In this document: one piece after another, positions 11,201 to 22,085 of the stretch
Layout of the letters: each line of letters starts with the position of its first letter
How positions within the stretch are numbered: position 1 is the stretch's first letter
DNA from: Botryllus schlosseri
Lineage: Eukaryota
Direction: 5' to 3'
Assembly (NCBI GenBank): GCA_051294905.1
Contig: CM119378.1
Coordinates: 3,784,001 to 3,848,000, forward strand
Length of the DNA stretch: 64,000 bases
Notes under the pieces: model-generated
Database searches by the model: none
What the model was told of the DNA's origin: nothing
Seen by the model: only the letters and a program-made list of their open reading frames with translations
Program-made: the position numbers and the translations under genes

Positions 11201-13207
11201 TTCTGTTCTCTGTTCTTACCTCAACAAAAACTCTCTTTTTTTTATTATAATTGAATTCGAATATAGTTTATATAGTCGTCAACCACGAGCACAGGCTCGA
11301 ATTGTATCATATCAATTTGTAAATGGGTAATGTATTGCATCTTATCAATTCGTTTCTCTATTCTCTATTCTCTATTTTGGCTGGTAACTAGAAACTGAGG
11401 CTATGCAATTTCTTATGTAGTTTAGCAGTTCCACGTATATGTGAGCGATACAGCGCCTATTCTTGCGTGTACATTTAACTCTTTATTCTTTCATCGGATC
11501 GGAATCAATAACCAATCAATCTGTATTTCAGACAGCTAACAAAATGCAATGACGTAACCATGCCTCATACTTTGAAAATGCAACTTGACTTGAATTATGA
11601 CTTGACTCGTGACTTGACTCGACTTGACTCGAGTCACTTCCAAAAATCGAGTGACTTGACTTGACTCGAGTCAAAATGTGCAATGACTCGAAATGACTCG
11701 TGACTCGAAGGTAGTGACTTGATCCCAACACTGAGACACACACACACACACACGGATGCTTCATTTTGTTAGTTCTTTCTTTCAGTAGCGGATTAGACTG
11801 CGCTTCCGTCATCCAAAATAATACCAACATGGTCACGCCAGAGTTGACATTTCAAAACAATCCCGAGAGCAACTTCGGCGTGACATATGGGATTAATTTC
11901 GGCGTTAAACTTTCTGTATAGGGGAGATGTGTTACCGATGAGACAGTGGGACCGAAAATACTTGAAAAATTCTCCGTCATATTCGCATGATTACAGTACG
12001 CGAATTTGTCTACAATTGCATGCTGGCAGAATCTTTCCTCACATACAAAAAACTTCGAACTACGTGACTTATGGGGTCTGTGACTGATGATTTATGTTTT
12101 TTTTTTTGGGGGGGGGGGGGGGTAAAATAAGATTGGATTGACGTATATATTCTCTTCTATATCACCTTCCACACTAACAAACCAGCCATAATTTTTAATG
12201 TGAAGTGTATAGGGCTTGTATCAGGGTATATAATGTCACATATTATTCAATTCAATACCATCCTCGAGTGGACTATTTTTAATTAAATTACAATATTTAT
12301 AGGGTGGGGGCCTATGGTACCATAACCAAAAAAGGCAAAATAGTTGGACCAACAAATCACTTAACAACAGAAACACGACTACATACATAGAGGCCGCAAA
12401 TCATAGTCACCTGTGGTGTTTTATCACCATAACGAGGTATTTGAAAGTCGAAATGTCGATTTACGGGTAATATGTATATGTCATTAATTTTGTAAGTTTG
12501 GACGTGAATCGAAACGGGATTTTACGCCAACATTTGAGTTGATATAATCTATTTTATTCTTGAAGGTGGCGACTAAACAGTCTTCATTGGCTTGCTGTAG
12601 CTAAGATTAGAGTACACAACAAAACAAAATGTAAAATCCGAGTTTTTGAGTATGTGTCTCATAGCTCCCATGGTCTAGTACCTTTGGACCCACCGGGTGG
12701 GGACCGATGATACGTTCGAGCAACAAATTTTAAACGTTCATGAATATTTTTGAAAAGGCGGATATCCATGCAAATGTCCGCGATAGGCAGAGCTTGGATG
12801 AAACTGTTGAGCCAGCAAAAGATCTGCTATTCTCGGCTGAGAATTTGGGGTCCAGAGACCATTATATAATTTTTGATCCATCCGTACCATATCTCCCCTA
12901 CATGACGATATGTAGACATGCTTCTTCATACTGCTTGTTTATATTTCTTCTGGATTAAAATTGAAACTAGGTTTTAGTTCTGCTGATGATCACAAATTAT
13001 GATTTATTTAACTTATTTCGTTCAGAATTCGTTTTATATTTCCAGAACAAATTCGGCAGGGTCAGAAAGTTCGGTAACCCGGAACCAAAGGCGTGTTGCT
13101 ACCCAAATGTGTACGCCAGATTTCACTTCTTGACCTATGACGAGCGCGACAATCTGCTGGCTGATGTCGTGGGCGATATGATCGCGGTTAGCTGCGCCTG
13201 CCGCTAA
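2202..13207 (+). CDS. Divergent TGF-beta superfamily ligand, 3' part (5' exons probably upstream of the window). Exons 2202-2330 (tentative), 7051-7289, 10144-10263, 13046-13207
   Basis: GT-AG exons join in frame (phases 1,0,0). A furin-type site RRNRR precedes the mature domain SIQPVATDCGRKPYIVSFKHNR/KVVTPDRADIGICHGSCDSARWPDEAVALNATGHAMKMLW/NKFGRVRKFGNPEPKACCYPNVYARFHFLTYDERDNLLADVVGDMIAVSCACR*, which has the canonical 7-Cys cystine-knot spacing (C, CxGxC, CC, CxC). Exon 2202-2330 rests only on open frame, splice sites and phase compatibility. Confidence 0.88.
2356..2711. mobile_element. Small fold-back MITE
   Basis: Termini AGGGGCACTATGCGCTCTACATATG and CATATTTAGAGCGCAGGTCCCT are inverted, with an inner inverted pair GCATCATCGCTTCT / AGAAGCGATGATGC. 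Confidence 0.55.
3046..4657 (-). mobile_element. Chapaev3-type (CMC) DNA transposon, internally deleted, with decayed transposase
   Basis: CACTGG / CCAGTG termini with TAA TSD and ~100-bp imperfect TIRs. Minus-strand relics HGLLEELVIPIYKSSEWQMPIGSSKRILKCAILQNGK...AHS and NNFPKNLDIVRDGQGENVSQHVKMMGVRYQSR resemble Chapaev motifs (EWRLFIDSSK.SLK.VLLHNGN; FPENLG.VSDEQGERFHQDI..ME.RYQG). Confidence 0.85.
4694..5194. mobile_element. hAT-like MITE (TAGGGTTGCA-type end)
   Basis: Right end ...AAATGCAACCCTA, near-matching 8-bp flanks ATAACAAT/ACAACAAT, second copy at ~19430-19966. Confidence 0.65.
5286..5770. mobile_element. hAT-like MITE (TAGGGCTGGGCA TIR)
   Basis: 12-bp TIR TAGGGCTGGGCA / TGCCCAGCCCTA with ACTCGA/GAATCG subterminal repeats. 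No clean TSD. Fragment at ~27350-27420. Confidence 0.7.
5816..6708. mobile_element. hAT-like non-autonomous element (TAGGGCGAT TIR)
   Basis: TIR TAGGGCGAT / ATCGCCCTA, TSD ATTATCAT/GTTATCAT (7/8), TTTGACC subterminal repeats. Confidence 0.75.
7486..9970. mobile_element. Charlie-like hAT composite element carrying a LINE fragment and a Tip100-like copy
   Basis: TIR CAGTGGTTCTTAAC / GTTAAGAACCACTG and exact TSD ATTTACAC. Lies in an intron of the TGF-beta gene. Confidence 0.88.
7545..8101 (-). mobile_element. CR1/L2-clade LINE ORF2 C-terminal fragment plus partial 3' UTR
   Basis: ORF 7631-8101: HSHLQYGIVVWG...LQNRAIRLI...HSHYTRSS...YSGPITWNALP...FKKALLDHL, typical of CR1-group ORF2 ends. Confidence 0.85.
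10456..10746 (-). mobile_element. tRNA-derived SINE, family A, (AAC)n tail
   Basis: Minus strand has A-box TAGCGTAGTGG and B-box GGTTCGAGTCC followed by a non-tRNA body. Second copy at 48832-49076, decayed copies at ~45155-45265 and ~51960-52055. Confidence 0.8.
10797..11733. mobile_element. hAT MITE with GACTCGAGTC/TGACT subterminal arrays, inserted in a (CA)n tract
   Basis: TIR CAGTGTTGGGAT / ATCCCAACACTG, exact TSD AGACACAC. Confidence 0.9.
11921..12898. mobile_element. TA-flanked MITE with GGGGAGA termini
   Basis: TA|GGGGAGATGTGTTACCGATG ... CATCCGTACCATATCTCCCC|TA. An inverted second copy starts at 62383. Confidence 0.85.
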
Positions 13208-13640
13208 CATGCAATCACGGCTTGTTACCAGAGAATCTCCATACACGGACACGGCAGCGTTCGATGGGGATCTCGTCGTACAAATATTGTTGCATTCCAT
13301 TTTTATGTTCTGGTTATATCGAATGGCATCGAATTAACTCTGATGGAATAAAAATAATTCCTCTGAATTCGTGCATAGTGGAGAGATGCGTATGGTGTAG
13401 CTATAAACGCATGCAATGGATAAGTTGAACTACCACGGTAGACAAATATTCAGCTTTCCAAATTAGATCGAAATTAGAGTAATCGCTGCACAGTTATCTT
13501 CTCAAATTAAATCAGAATTAGAATTACTGAATCCGAAATTTTTTTTTGAAATTTTGCATCAGAAAGAAAGACAACTGACATCAAGTTCATCATATAAGTT
13601 TATATCAAATCGGGGTCCGTTCTGATAGGTATGGCAAATG

Positions 13641-14450
13641 CAGAGGTGGTCAGAAACGAAGTACTTCTACTTTTTCGAAGTACTCAAGTAGTTTTCTTTT
13701 ACTTCTGGTACTTACTCAAGTAGATCTTCTTTTTTTGCTACTTCTACTTCGTAATAGCTTGTGATCTACTTACTTACTCTTCGCTATTTTCAGTTTGTCA
13801 AGTAGAAGTAGTTTAAACATAGCCTAAGGAATTTCGGGGCTGTTTTCACGTTGTACCAACATTATATTTTCATAAAAGTCATGTGATACCCAGAATTTTC
13901 GTTGCGCTTCGCGCACAGTAGATATGGAGTGACAAATATGTTTTAACACAAGTTTCGCTGAATATAATGCGTGGTTCCGTTCACACCGCATTGTCGTCTA
14001 TATCAAATATTTCATCACAGTAAGTATGCCACCCCCCGCCATAACGTTTGAAACTACCGTTTCGCAATCTAGCAATTACCTATCATACCTAGCAACCGAT
14101 GACGTGTCTAAAACCGGGTGTTCGAGTAAGCATAGGATGAGTATCGCATTTCCATATAAATTATATCATTTGCATCCCATGATGCAGACGAATGCTTATT
14201 CTGCCAAAAATTGACACCTCCTGGGATGCATCAATATGAATCAAGCTTTCTTCACCTTCCGCATATCGCAATTTGCAGCTTTTGACAGTCCATGCGAACG
14301 AATTACGATCGTTTGCGCAACTACTTACTTACTTGAGTAGATTTAAAGTCAGTCAATTCTACTTCTACTTCAAGTAGTTTTAGGTTGCTTATGGAAGAAG
14401 TACTTCTACTCGTACTTGAGTAGATTTTTTGACTACTTTGACCACCTCTG
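13641..14450. mobile_element. Tol2-like hAT MITE
   Basis: TIR CAGAGGTGGTCA / TGACCACCTCTG, exact TSD GGCAAATG, dense AAGTA/TACTT subterminal repeats. Confidence 0.9.
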
Positions 14451-15049
14451 GGCAAATGTCTGTACACCCAGTGTGGCTCGTTTCGATTTCGAACCCCAGC
14501 CTCTGATGCGTCCACCATTGCACACGACCTACTACAACACGGTCACAATTCGACTACTGATCTGGCACATTAATTATCTAAAACCATGATGGCAAAGACA
14601 GCACAAATTATATTTGCTTGAAAGTCTTTGCATTTCAACATCACACCACTCTATGCATGATGCTGGCCGCATAAACAAAATCAGCACTAAACGGCATGCA
14701 CCTTGCCAACCTCAAAATTTTTGTTTGCTTTGTTACAAAAGTTTGCTTAAAATATTCTGCTTTCCGTTTCTGAAATGTGAATATCTAGTGACTCCCCGCT
14801 GTGAGCTTGACCCGCAAACACACAACATCAAGAACGAAATACACTTCTATATGTAGTCAGCGAATGATGCTTATTCATCCAATCAATGAAATTGGTATAA
14901 AGAGTACATCGTTGTCTAATGTAAAAAATCTAGCAGGCGTATGGGATCCATCTTGGTTTGATATGTTTATTGTATCATAAAAACCAAATCCGTGCGATTG
15001 AGGTGTTGGCTACTGTATGACCTGTTTATGCGTTAATATCGGTAGCAAG

Positions 15050-17579
15050 CAGAGCTGGATCAATTACAATATTTTAATTAAATTACAATTACAATTACAA
15101 TTACTTCCTTGCATGTTTCAATTACATTACAATTAAATTACTCAATGCTAAAAATATCAAATTACAATTACTGTTAAACATGTAATTATTACAATTATAA
15201 TTACAATTACAATTACTTTTAAACAGGTAATTGATTCAGTAAAGAGGGGTTCTTTGACAACCGTAGCGACGTAATTAGCAACAATCTCAAGCTATTCATG
15301 TTTCATTCCTGATATGTAGAATACCCTTTAATTTAAAAAAAACTCGAACGTATTCGAACTATTCCTAATCATGAGTACTGAAAACTACAAGCAGAGAAAA
15401 ATGTTTCAAGCGACTGTTAAGAACCAAAGGTTTGAGCGACTAACCGCGAATAGGCTACAGGACAGTCAATGAAATGTAATCAAACGATTAGGCTACTCAG
15501 AGCTGAGTCAGGATAATGAAAAGTAATTGGTAAGGCGTCAGCGATAAGGATGATACCGATAAGGTGCGTAAAATTAAAATAAATGCAAATGGAAAGAACC
15601 TCCTGATAACTAAGAATTACAATATTTTGGTTCGCATTTACATTTTCACTTGCTCGGAAACTGTTAGATTGCATTTGATGAACATTGGGATGCGAAAAGT
15701 TTCTGGCCCCAGTAAATTGGGCCTAGATTGGAGGTAAGATTGGGATAACATATCTACAAATGCGTGATCAAGTTTGATGAAGCCTTGGTTGGTAACTTGA
15801 ATTTTTTTGCTATTGTTGCAACAAAAGCCTCTGTACAGGTCAGAGATCTAAAAAAACGTGGTGTAGGAAATGGTTCAGCATTGTTCAGAACAATCGGGTA
15901 ACCGCAACACAATGGCCATAACAATGACGCGTTGCGACTCTCTGATTGTTCGAACAATGGCGATATTTCGACTTGGAGGACGGATTCTAGGTGGATCAGT
16001 GCCTGATCATTATTCTAATTTATATTTTCGGAATCGGTGCAACAGTAGCTTTCGATCAAGACCAGATTCAATAATTTCTGCGCTCGGAAAGATTGCTTTT
16101 GGATTGCCAGAAATCCTACAGTCGCTTACGCGAAACAATTCCCCACTCCAGCCTCGGCGAAGCGGAACGAAGCTGCAAAATAGGTCGTTGCCGTTCCATG
16201 TTTAATTTCTATAGTTTCACTTTCAATTCCCAGTATCATGTACTTTGAGTTATAAATCATATCAGTTCTTTTGCCTGGATAACATACAATACATGTTGGA
16301 GTATAAAAGCAAGTGTAGTAATGCCTTTAATTTCCGGAATTAAAGCCACTCAATATGGCATTTTTACGGTCCACCATATTTTTTATCAACGTTTACTAAT
16401 CGCGCAAAGTGTTTACACCGTATGCTATACAACTTCTCCGCATTGCTATTCGACTAAACTATTGCCTTATAATATGGGGGATGGCGCCATACCATGCGAT
16501 TTTCTAAAACGTGTTGTTCGAGAAAACAGAGGATTAGTATGGCATTTCCATATCAATACTATCATTTTCATCCCATGATGTGAACGAATGCTTATCTATC
16601 GAAAATTGGATACCTGCTAGTATGCATCAATATGAATCAAGCTCGTCACCTTACGCATAGCTCAATCTGCACCTTTCCACAATCAATGTGAACGATGAAT
16701 TAGGATCGTTTTCACAACTACTTACTTACTTGAGTACTTTTAAAGTCAGTCAATTCTACTTCAACTTCAAGTAGTTTCAGGTTGCTTATGGAGGAAGTAC
16801 TTCTACTCGTACTTGAGTAGATTTTTTCGTCGCTACTTCTACTTCTACTTGAGTAGCTTCCTTGACTACTTTGACCACCTCTGTGTGAATATTTCGTGCC
16901 CCTCTTATCGTCATAGCACACAATGAAACCAGAAAGTTAGCAATCCTTACATATAGTTTGATGCTATGGAAGGTTATGACTGTTGATGAGAGAATTCTCC
17001 AACACGAAATTCAGACTATACACCGAGCAATAACCATAAAACGGAGGTGAATCGGGCCAAGCGCGGAAACGATTTCTGTTTACTGGAGCGTCGCGCCCCG
17101 TTCAAATGCTTTCACGCCGCCCAAGGCCACACGCCCCCAGTTTGAGAGCCACTGGTTTAGCCTATATTGTAATTCACAAAGTTTTCTGATGCCACCGAAG
17201 TATGGGAAACAGTTTAGCGTGACTGAATTATCTAGTTGTAACGCAGCACGCACAGAAAACCGATGTAAATAGGCTACTTATTACATGTGGTGACTGTTTA
17301 CTAAGGCCTTAAGGACCCTCGTCGTCATTCTGGTTCGTACCGGATTTTCACTGGTGCGACGAATAAATGATTGATTAAATGATTATTTTATGTTGTGATT
17401 GTCAGGTTTCCATGAAAATGTAATTGAGATTGTAATTGAGCAAAATTTTGATCAAATTCCAATTCCAATTACAATTACACAAAATAGAAATGCTTCTATT
17501 ACAATTACAATTACAATTACATGAAAAATGTACTTAATTACATTCAGCTCGATTACAAATTACAATTGATCCAACTCTG
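15050..17579. mobile_element. hAT element with AATTAC subterminal arrays, nested in a copy of the 1-810 family and containing a partial Tol2-like copy (~16300-16883)
   Basis: TIR CAGAGCTGGATCAATT / AATTGATCCAACTCTG, flanks GTAGCAAG/GAAGTAAG (6/8). Possible BED-finger relic ...KASSNLITHL on the minus strand near 15760-15830. Confidence 0.8.
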
Positions 17580-18244
17580 GAAGTAAGCATAGAACCCCGT
17601 TTTACACTCTGCACAATATCAAGTAGCAATAGTCAGAAGTAGAGCATATTAACTGGTCTGGCCGAGACCGTTGAGGCGAAAACTTTATTGAAAATCCTCG
17701 TCGAAATTGTTGGAAGAGCGACTAAAGATATTGATTTTATGGGATTATTATAGGATTTGATTGCTTCAGTTGATACATGTGGTGACATTGTGGTATAGTG
17801 TGGCCTGAGCCTGAACCTTTCAAGGGTTCGCATCATCCCTAGACCAGTACTTCTCCTTGGCAGAGATGAGGTTTCGAGCAAGCAATCATGCGTATATTAA
17901 ATGTTGCATAAAATACATAGGTTCCTCATTTACACTAGCCATGAGATATTCTCGAGACCGATAGTTCTCTTTGTTTTTGTTTTATAAATGCCCCTCAAGA
18001 CTTCCAAAATCTGATGTAGGGCTATATGCTATACGGAAGTCGGGAAATACGAAACACACTTTGAATCGATCTATCTTGTTGGATAACTCCCTGTTGCATA
18101 ATCTTCCAGGTTTTGCAGTTTTAGCTTTTGAAATTTCTCGTCTTTTCAATACAGCAAAATTAATTTCCGTTTCACATGAATGAATTCCCCGCGGATACCA
18201 GTGTTGGGAGTGAGTCACAACCTTCGAGCCACAAGCCTGTAGGC

Positions 18245-19427
18245 CAGTGGTCGGGAACCTATGGCTCGCGAACCATATAAGGCTCTTTTAAGCATAAGAT
18301 ATGGCTCTTTGCGAAATTTTTATTTTTGTGCCTAATTTATCAATATTGCAGCAACTATTGTTATTAAGTCTTCAGCACAACCAGTATAATTATTCTCGTC
18401 GCAGTATTAAGTGTTTTTGAGAGGTTTATACAGTGGCGTATTTAGGGTTAGGGGCTTGAACCCCCTTTTCAAAATCCTCAAATTTAAGTTGCTGTCGCGC
18501 CGGCGACCAATTTCACTTCCGAATTCGATGTACACGCCACGAAATCTTGGATTGCACGATCCGTCGATTGATCAAAGAGAATAGCAGACATGACGGCGCC
18601 TGTATCACAATGTAGTTTTCAAATACACATTGTCTTTCTGATCCACGGCGAGAAATGAACTGCCGTGGAAGTGACACAATTACCAATTTGAAATTACGCC
18701 TTAGCTATCTACGTTCTTGATTGATAGCTTTGTAGTCGCTGTTAAAATGTGGGCGTGTGGCGCAACATTTTGTTACCGCCGAATGGCGGCACTGCCTCAC
18801 TTGCCTCCCCTGACCCCACCTCACCGACGCATCACACATTAAAGTGGGCATGTATACTACTGTATCGTGAACATGACCATTAACCATGTTTGGCTCCAGC
18901 TACGTATGTAATCATGGGTCCTCGCATTTAGGAATAGCATCAAGACGAACCTGCGATCTCGTATAGGCTAACTGACGAAAGTCTCAAGTTTTGTATGAAG
19001 CTTAACCGCACTCAGACTACAAATTACAAAGCCATCAGTAATACCAAGCAACACCAAAAGACCCATGAACCGTAAAATGCGTGTAACAAGTAGATTCATA
19101 CTTTTACTGTAGCTTCGAAAAATATCATATGCCTCTCAGTGCAATACAATTAAAAATACATAACTTGCAAAAGATCTATGTAACTGAAGTATCGCATACT
19201 CATTACTAAAATAAGGCAACCAGTATGATTAGTACGAGTTTTTACAGAGAAAATACGGTGCAAACGACGAATCCCATGTAGAGATCTCGGATTTGCGCTA
19301 CCATGACGTCACCATGTTTCAATTATGACGTAAAAGTTGATTGATTGATTGTATGGCTCTTTGGAAATTAGAATGGAAAATATAGGGTCAATATGGCTCT
19401 TCGGACGAAAAAGGTTCCCGACCACTG
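18245..19427. mobile_element. Charlie-like hAT non-autonomous element
   Basis: TIR CAGTGGTCGGGAACCT / AGGTTCCCGACCACTG and TATGGCTCTT subterminal repeats. No matching TSD seen. Confidence 0.7.
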
Positions 19428-20789
19428 CTCCGTTTAATATATGTTTTAAAAAGTCTGAAAGAAATGCCTTTAAAAAATTGTTTTTTTTTTCAAACGTTGT
19501 GTAATTATGCCATTATTGTGTAAATAGCCTACCATCGAAAAACCATGTAGTATGATCCTACGGACGATTTGCATCCAATATAGTTGACGTATACGATGTG
19601 GGGTGGCAGGAACCCTCGAAATCGTCGTCGGTTCAACATATATAGCATGTAGCCTAGATATAGATCATTGGTACGGAATGGGTGTTCTGGTGATGAAGAC
19701 TGCCTACCGTAGAAATGCTGCATAACGATGTAGTCCTGGTTAAAGATATTTTTGGTCTGTTTATGACAGTGGTCGGAAGCCCTTTTTGTCGAAGGAGTCA
19801 TATTCACCCTAAACTTTCTATTGTCAATGTCAATACACTGTGACGTCACAATTATAATTTCAAACAGAAACTGGATAACTTGAAGATTAAAAAACCATGT
19901 TTTAAACAAGGCTCATGTTTTGAAGATGTTTGCCTTAAATTGATTTTTGTTTCAAATGCAACCCTAGTCATTGGACATTTTACCCGAGTGAAGTCAAGTC
20001 ACTCGAGTTTTGGAGGTGACTGGAGTCAAGTCAAACCCAGTCATGAATCTTGACATAATGCATTTTGCAAGATGATTGATTGAATCACAGATTGAGTGAC
20101 CGTTTATTCCGAATCGAGTATATCGATATAATAGTGTTAATTATGCATGTAAAAGGGCGCCGTATCGCTCCCACATGCCTAGAACTGCTAAGCCACGTTG
20201 GTGACTCCATATAGTATAAACTCAGTCTATAATCATCAGCCAAGATAGAGGGTAGAAAGCGAAGTTGAAACAAATTGATATGATGCAATATACAATTCAG
20301 CGCGAGCCAGGAATCCTTACTGCAAATTTGTAATCTTAAAAATGGCTGTCTTATAATTTCTGATGAAAATCCTCACACAAGAATTCTAATCTCATAAAAA
20401 TGCGTGATTTCTCATTTTTCAATTATTAGGACAACAAACATACCAATAGTAAGGTAAACAGCAAATAATACCACACGTCGACATTTTGGCACTGTTTTTC
20501 TCTAACAAGTTTGGCAACATTCGGCGGAATGGATTATGTATAAATGGGAACAGAGTTTCCATATGGATGTCAAAAACTTGTGATCTCACTGGAGAGTTGA
20601 TATGTTGCATCAGCGAAAAAACTTGTTCGTCCAATTGGTGTGAATAATGAGGACACAAAAACTGCCAATCCTCTAACAGTCCACAACGACATGTCGAGAA
20701 CATGTACAGTATAGTAGGCTACACTTGTACAGGAGTACACTTGTACAATGTACATGTAAAGCATGTGCACTATGATGAAGTGAAATTTA

Positions 20790-22085
20790 TTTTTTTTAAT
20801 CGAGAAAAGGGGGTTCTTAAATCCCGACAAATGACCTAAAACTCCAAGAAAAAATGATTTTGGGGGATTGACCCCATTTTCCAGCCGGCAATCCCCCAAT
20901 TTCTGCGTGCCAGGGCGTAAAATTGCCCATCTCGACAACCACTGGTCGTAGAGTCATGATTTATAGCTCAAAAGTTGCCGAAACATCATGTTTATGTCTG
21001 TCTCAAGAAGAAAGTTTTCTCTATTGTGAACACAAAACGAGTTACAGCCAAAAAACACTAAAATTTTCAAGCGGGTAAATGGCGGGAGTAACTAAGTTAC
21101 ATATTGGTGTGATTTACACAAAAACAGCTAAATAAATCAATCTCATTATGTAAAAGCTCACTGGTAAGGGCTGTTACTCCATCTATTTTTAGAACAGGCC
21201 CGCTGGCGATTCATTTGGTCCTTGTGGGCTGCCTGGGGCCCGTAGGCACCACATTGGGGACCCCTGTTCTAGAATATATCCACGAATGCATTGCGAGAAC
21301 TCACAGGAACGATCCCATGCCGTCTGCTGGCAGCTGAACGACGCTTTCGCCTAATCGGCCATATAGTGCGGCATCAAGACGAGCAACCAGCCGCCGCCAT
21401 CATCAATCACATTTCCACGGAGCCATGGCGCAGAGGTGGCTGGAATCGGAAAACATGGCGCTCAACAATGGAGACTGATCTAGCGCAACGCGGGCTGTCG
21501 CTTGAAGACGCCCACGACCACCTACGTTGGAGACGCTTGACACGAGCCCAAAACTGATTATCTCGATGTTCATTTGTTTCCTGTTTTCTTTTGCCCTTTT
21601 TATTTTATCTAATTGAGAAGTCGATATATGTTTATATATACGGGTCCCAGGTAGCCCGCAAGGACCATATGAATCGCCCGCGGGCCTGTTCTAAAAATAG
21701 ATGGAGTAACAGCCCTAACCTGTGAGCTTTTACATAATGATATGGATTTATTCTGCTGTTCTTGTGTAAATCTCACTAACATGTTACTTAGTTATTCCCA
21801 CCATTTACCCGCTTCAAAATTTTAGTGTTTTTTGGCTGTGACTCGTTTTGTGTTCACAATAGAAGAAAACTGTCTTCTTAAGACAGATAGAAACATCCTG
21901 TTTTGGCAGCTTTTGAGCTATAAATCACGACTCTACGACCAGTGGTTGTCGAGATGGGCAATTTTATCCCCTCTCGCGCAGAAATTGGGGGGTTGCCGGC
22001 TGGAAAATCCCCTAAAATCAATTTTTATTGAAGTTTTCGGTCCTTTGTCGGGATTTAAGAACCCCCTTTTTTGATTTGAAAAAAG
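20790..22085. repeat. Two inverted ~450-bp copies of a hAT MITE end flanking a LINE fragment
   Basis: 20790-21243 is the reverse complement of ~21640-22085, with visible divergence. The first copy ends TTGGGGACCCCTG followed by TTCTAGAA. Confidence 0.75.
21291..21557 (+). mobile_element. RTE-clade LINE ORF C-terminal fragment
   Basis: RRFRLIGHIVR...RRGGWNRKTW...ETDLAQRGL...AHDHLRWR matches the RTE C-terminal pattern (RL...GH..R...GRP...W.....DL...A.DR..WR). Confidence 0.7.

Noticed and set aside
10797..11733. GACTCGAGTC/TGACT arrays (also 41954-44019) as a CRISPR array
   Set aside because: No constant repeat-spacer period and no cas genes; the arrays are subterminal repeats inside TIR/TSD-bounded hAT elements in a eukaryotic locus.
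12097..12122. T-run plus G-run as a terminator or G-quadruplex element
   Set aside because: Homopolymer expansion inside a MITE; absent from the second copy near 63170.
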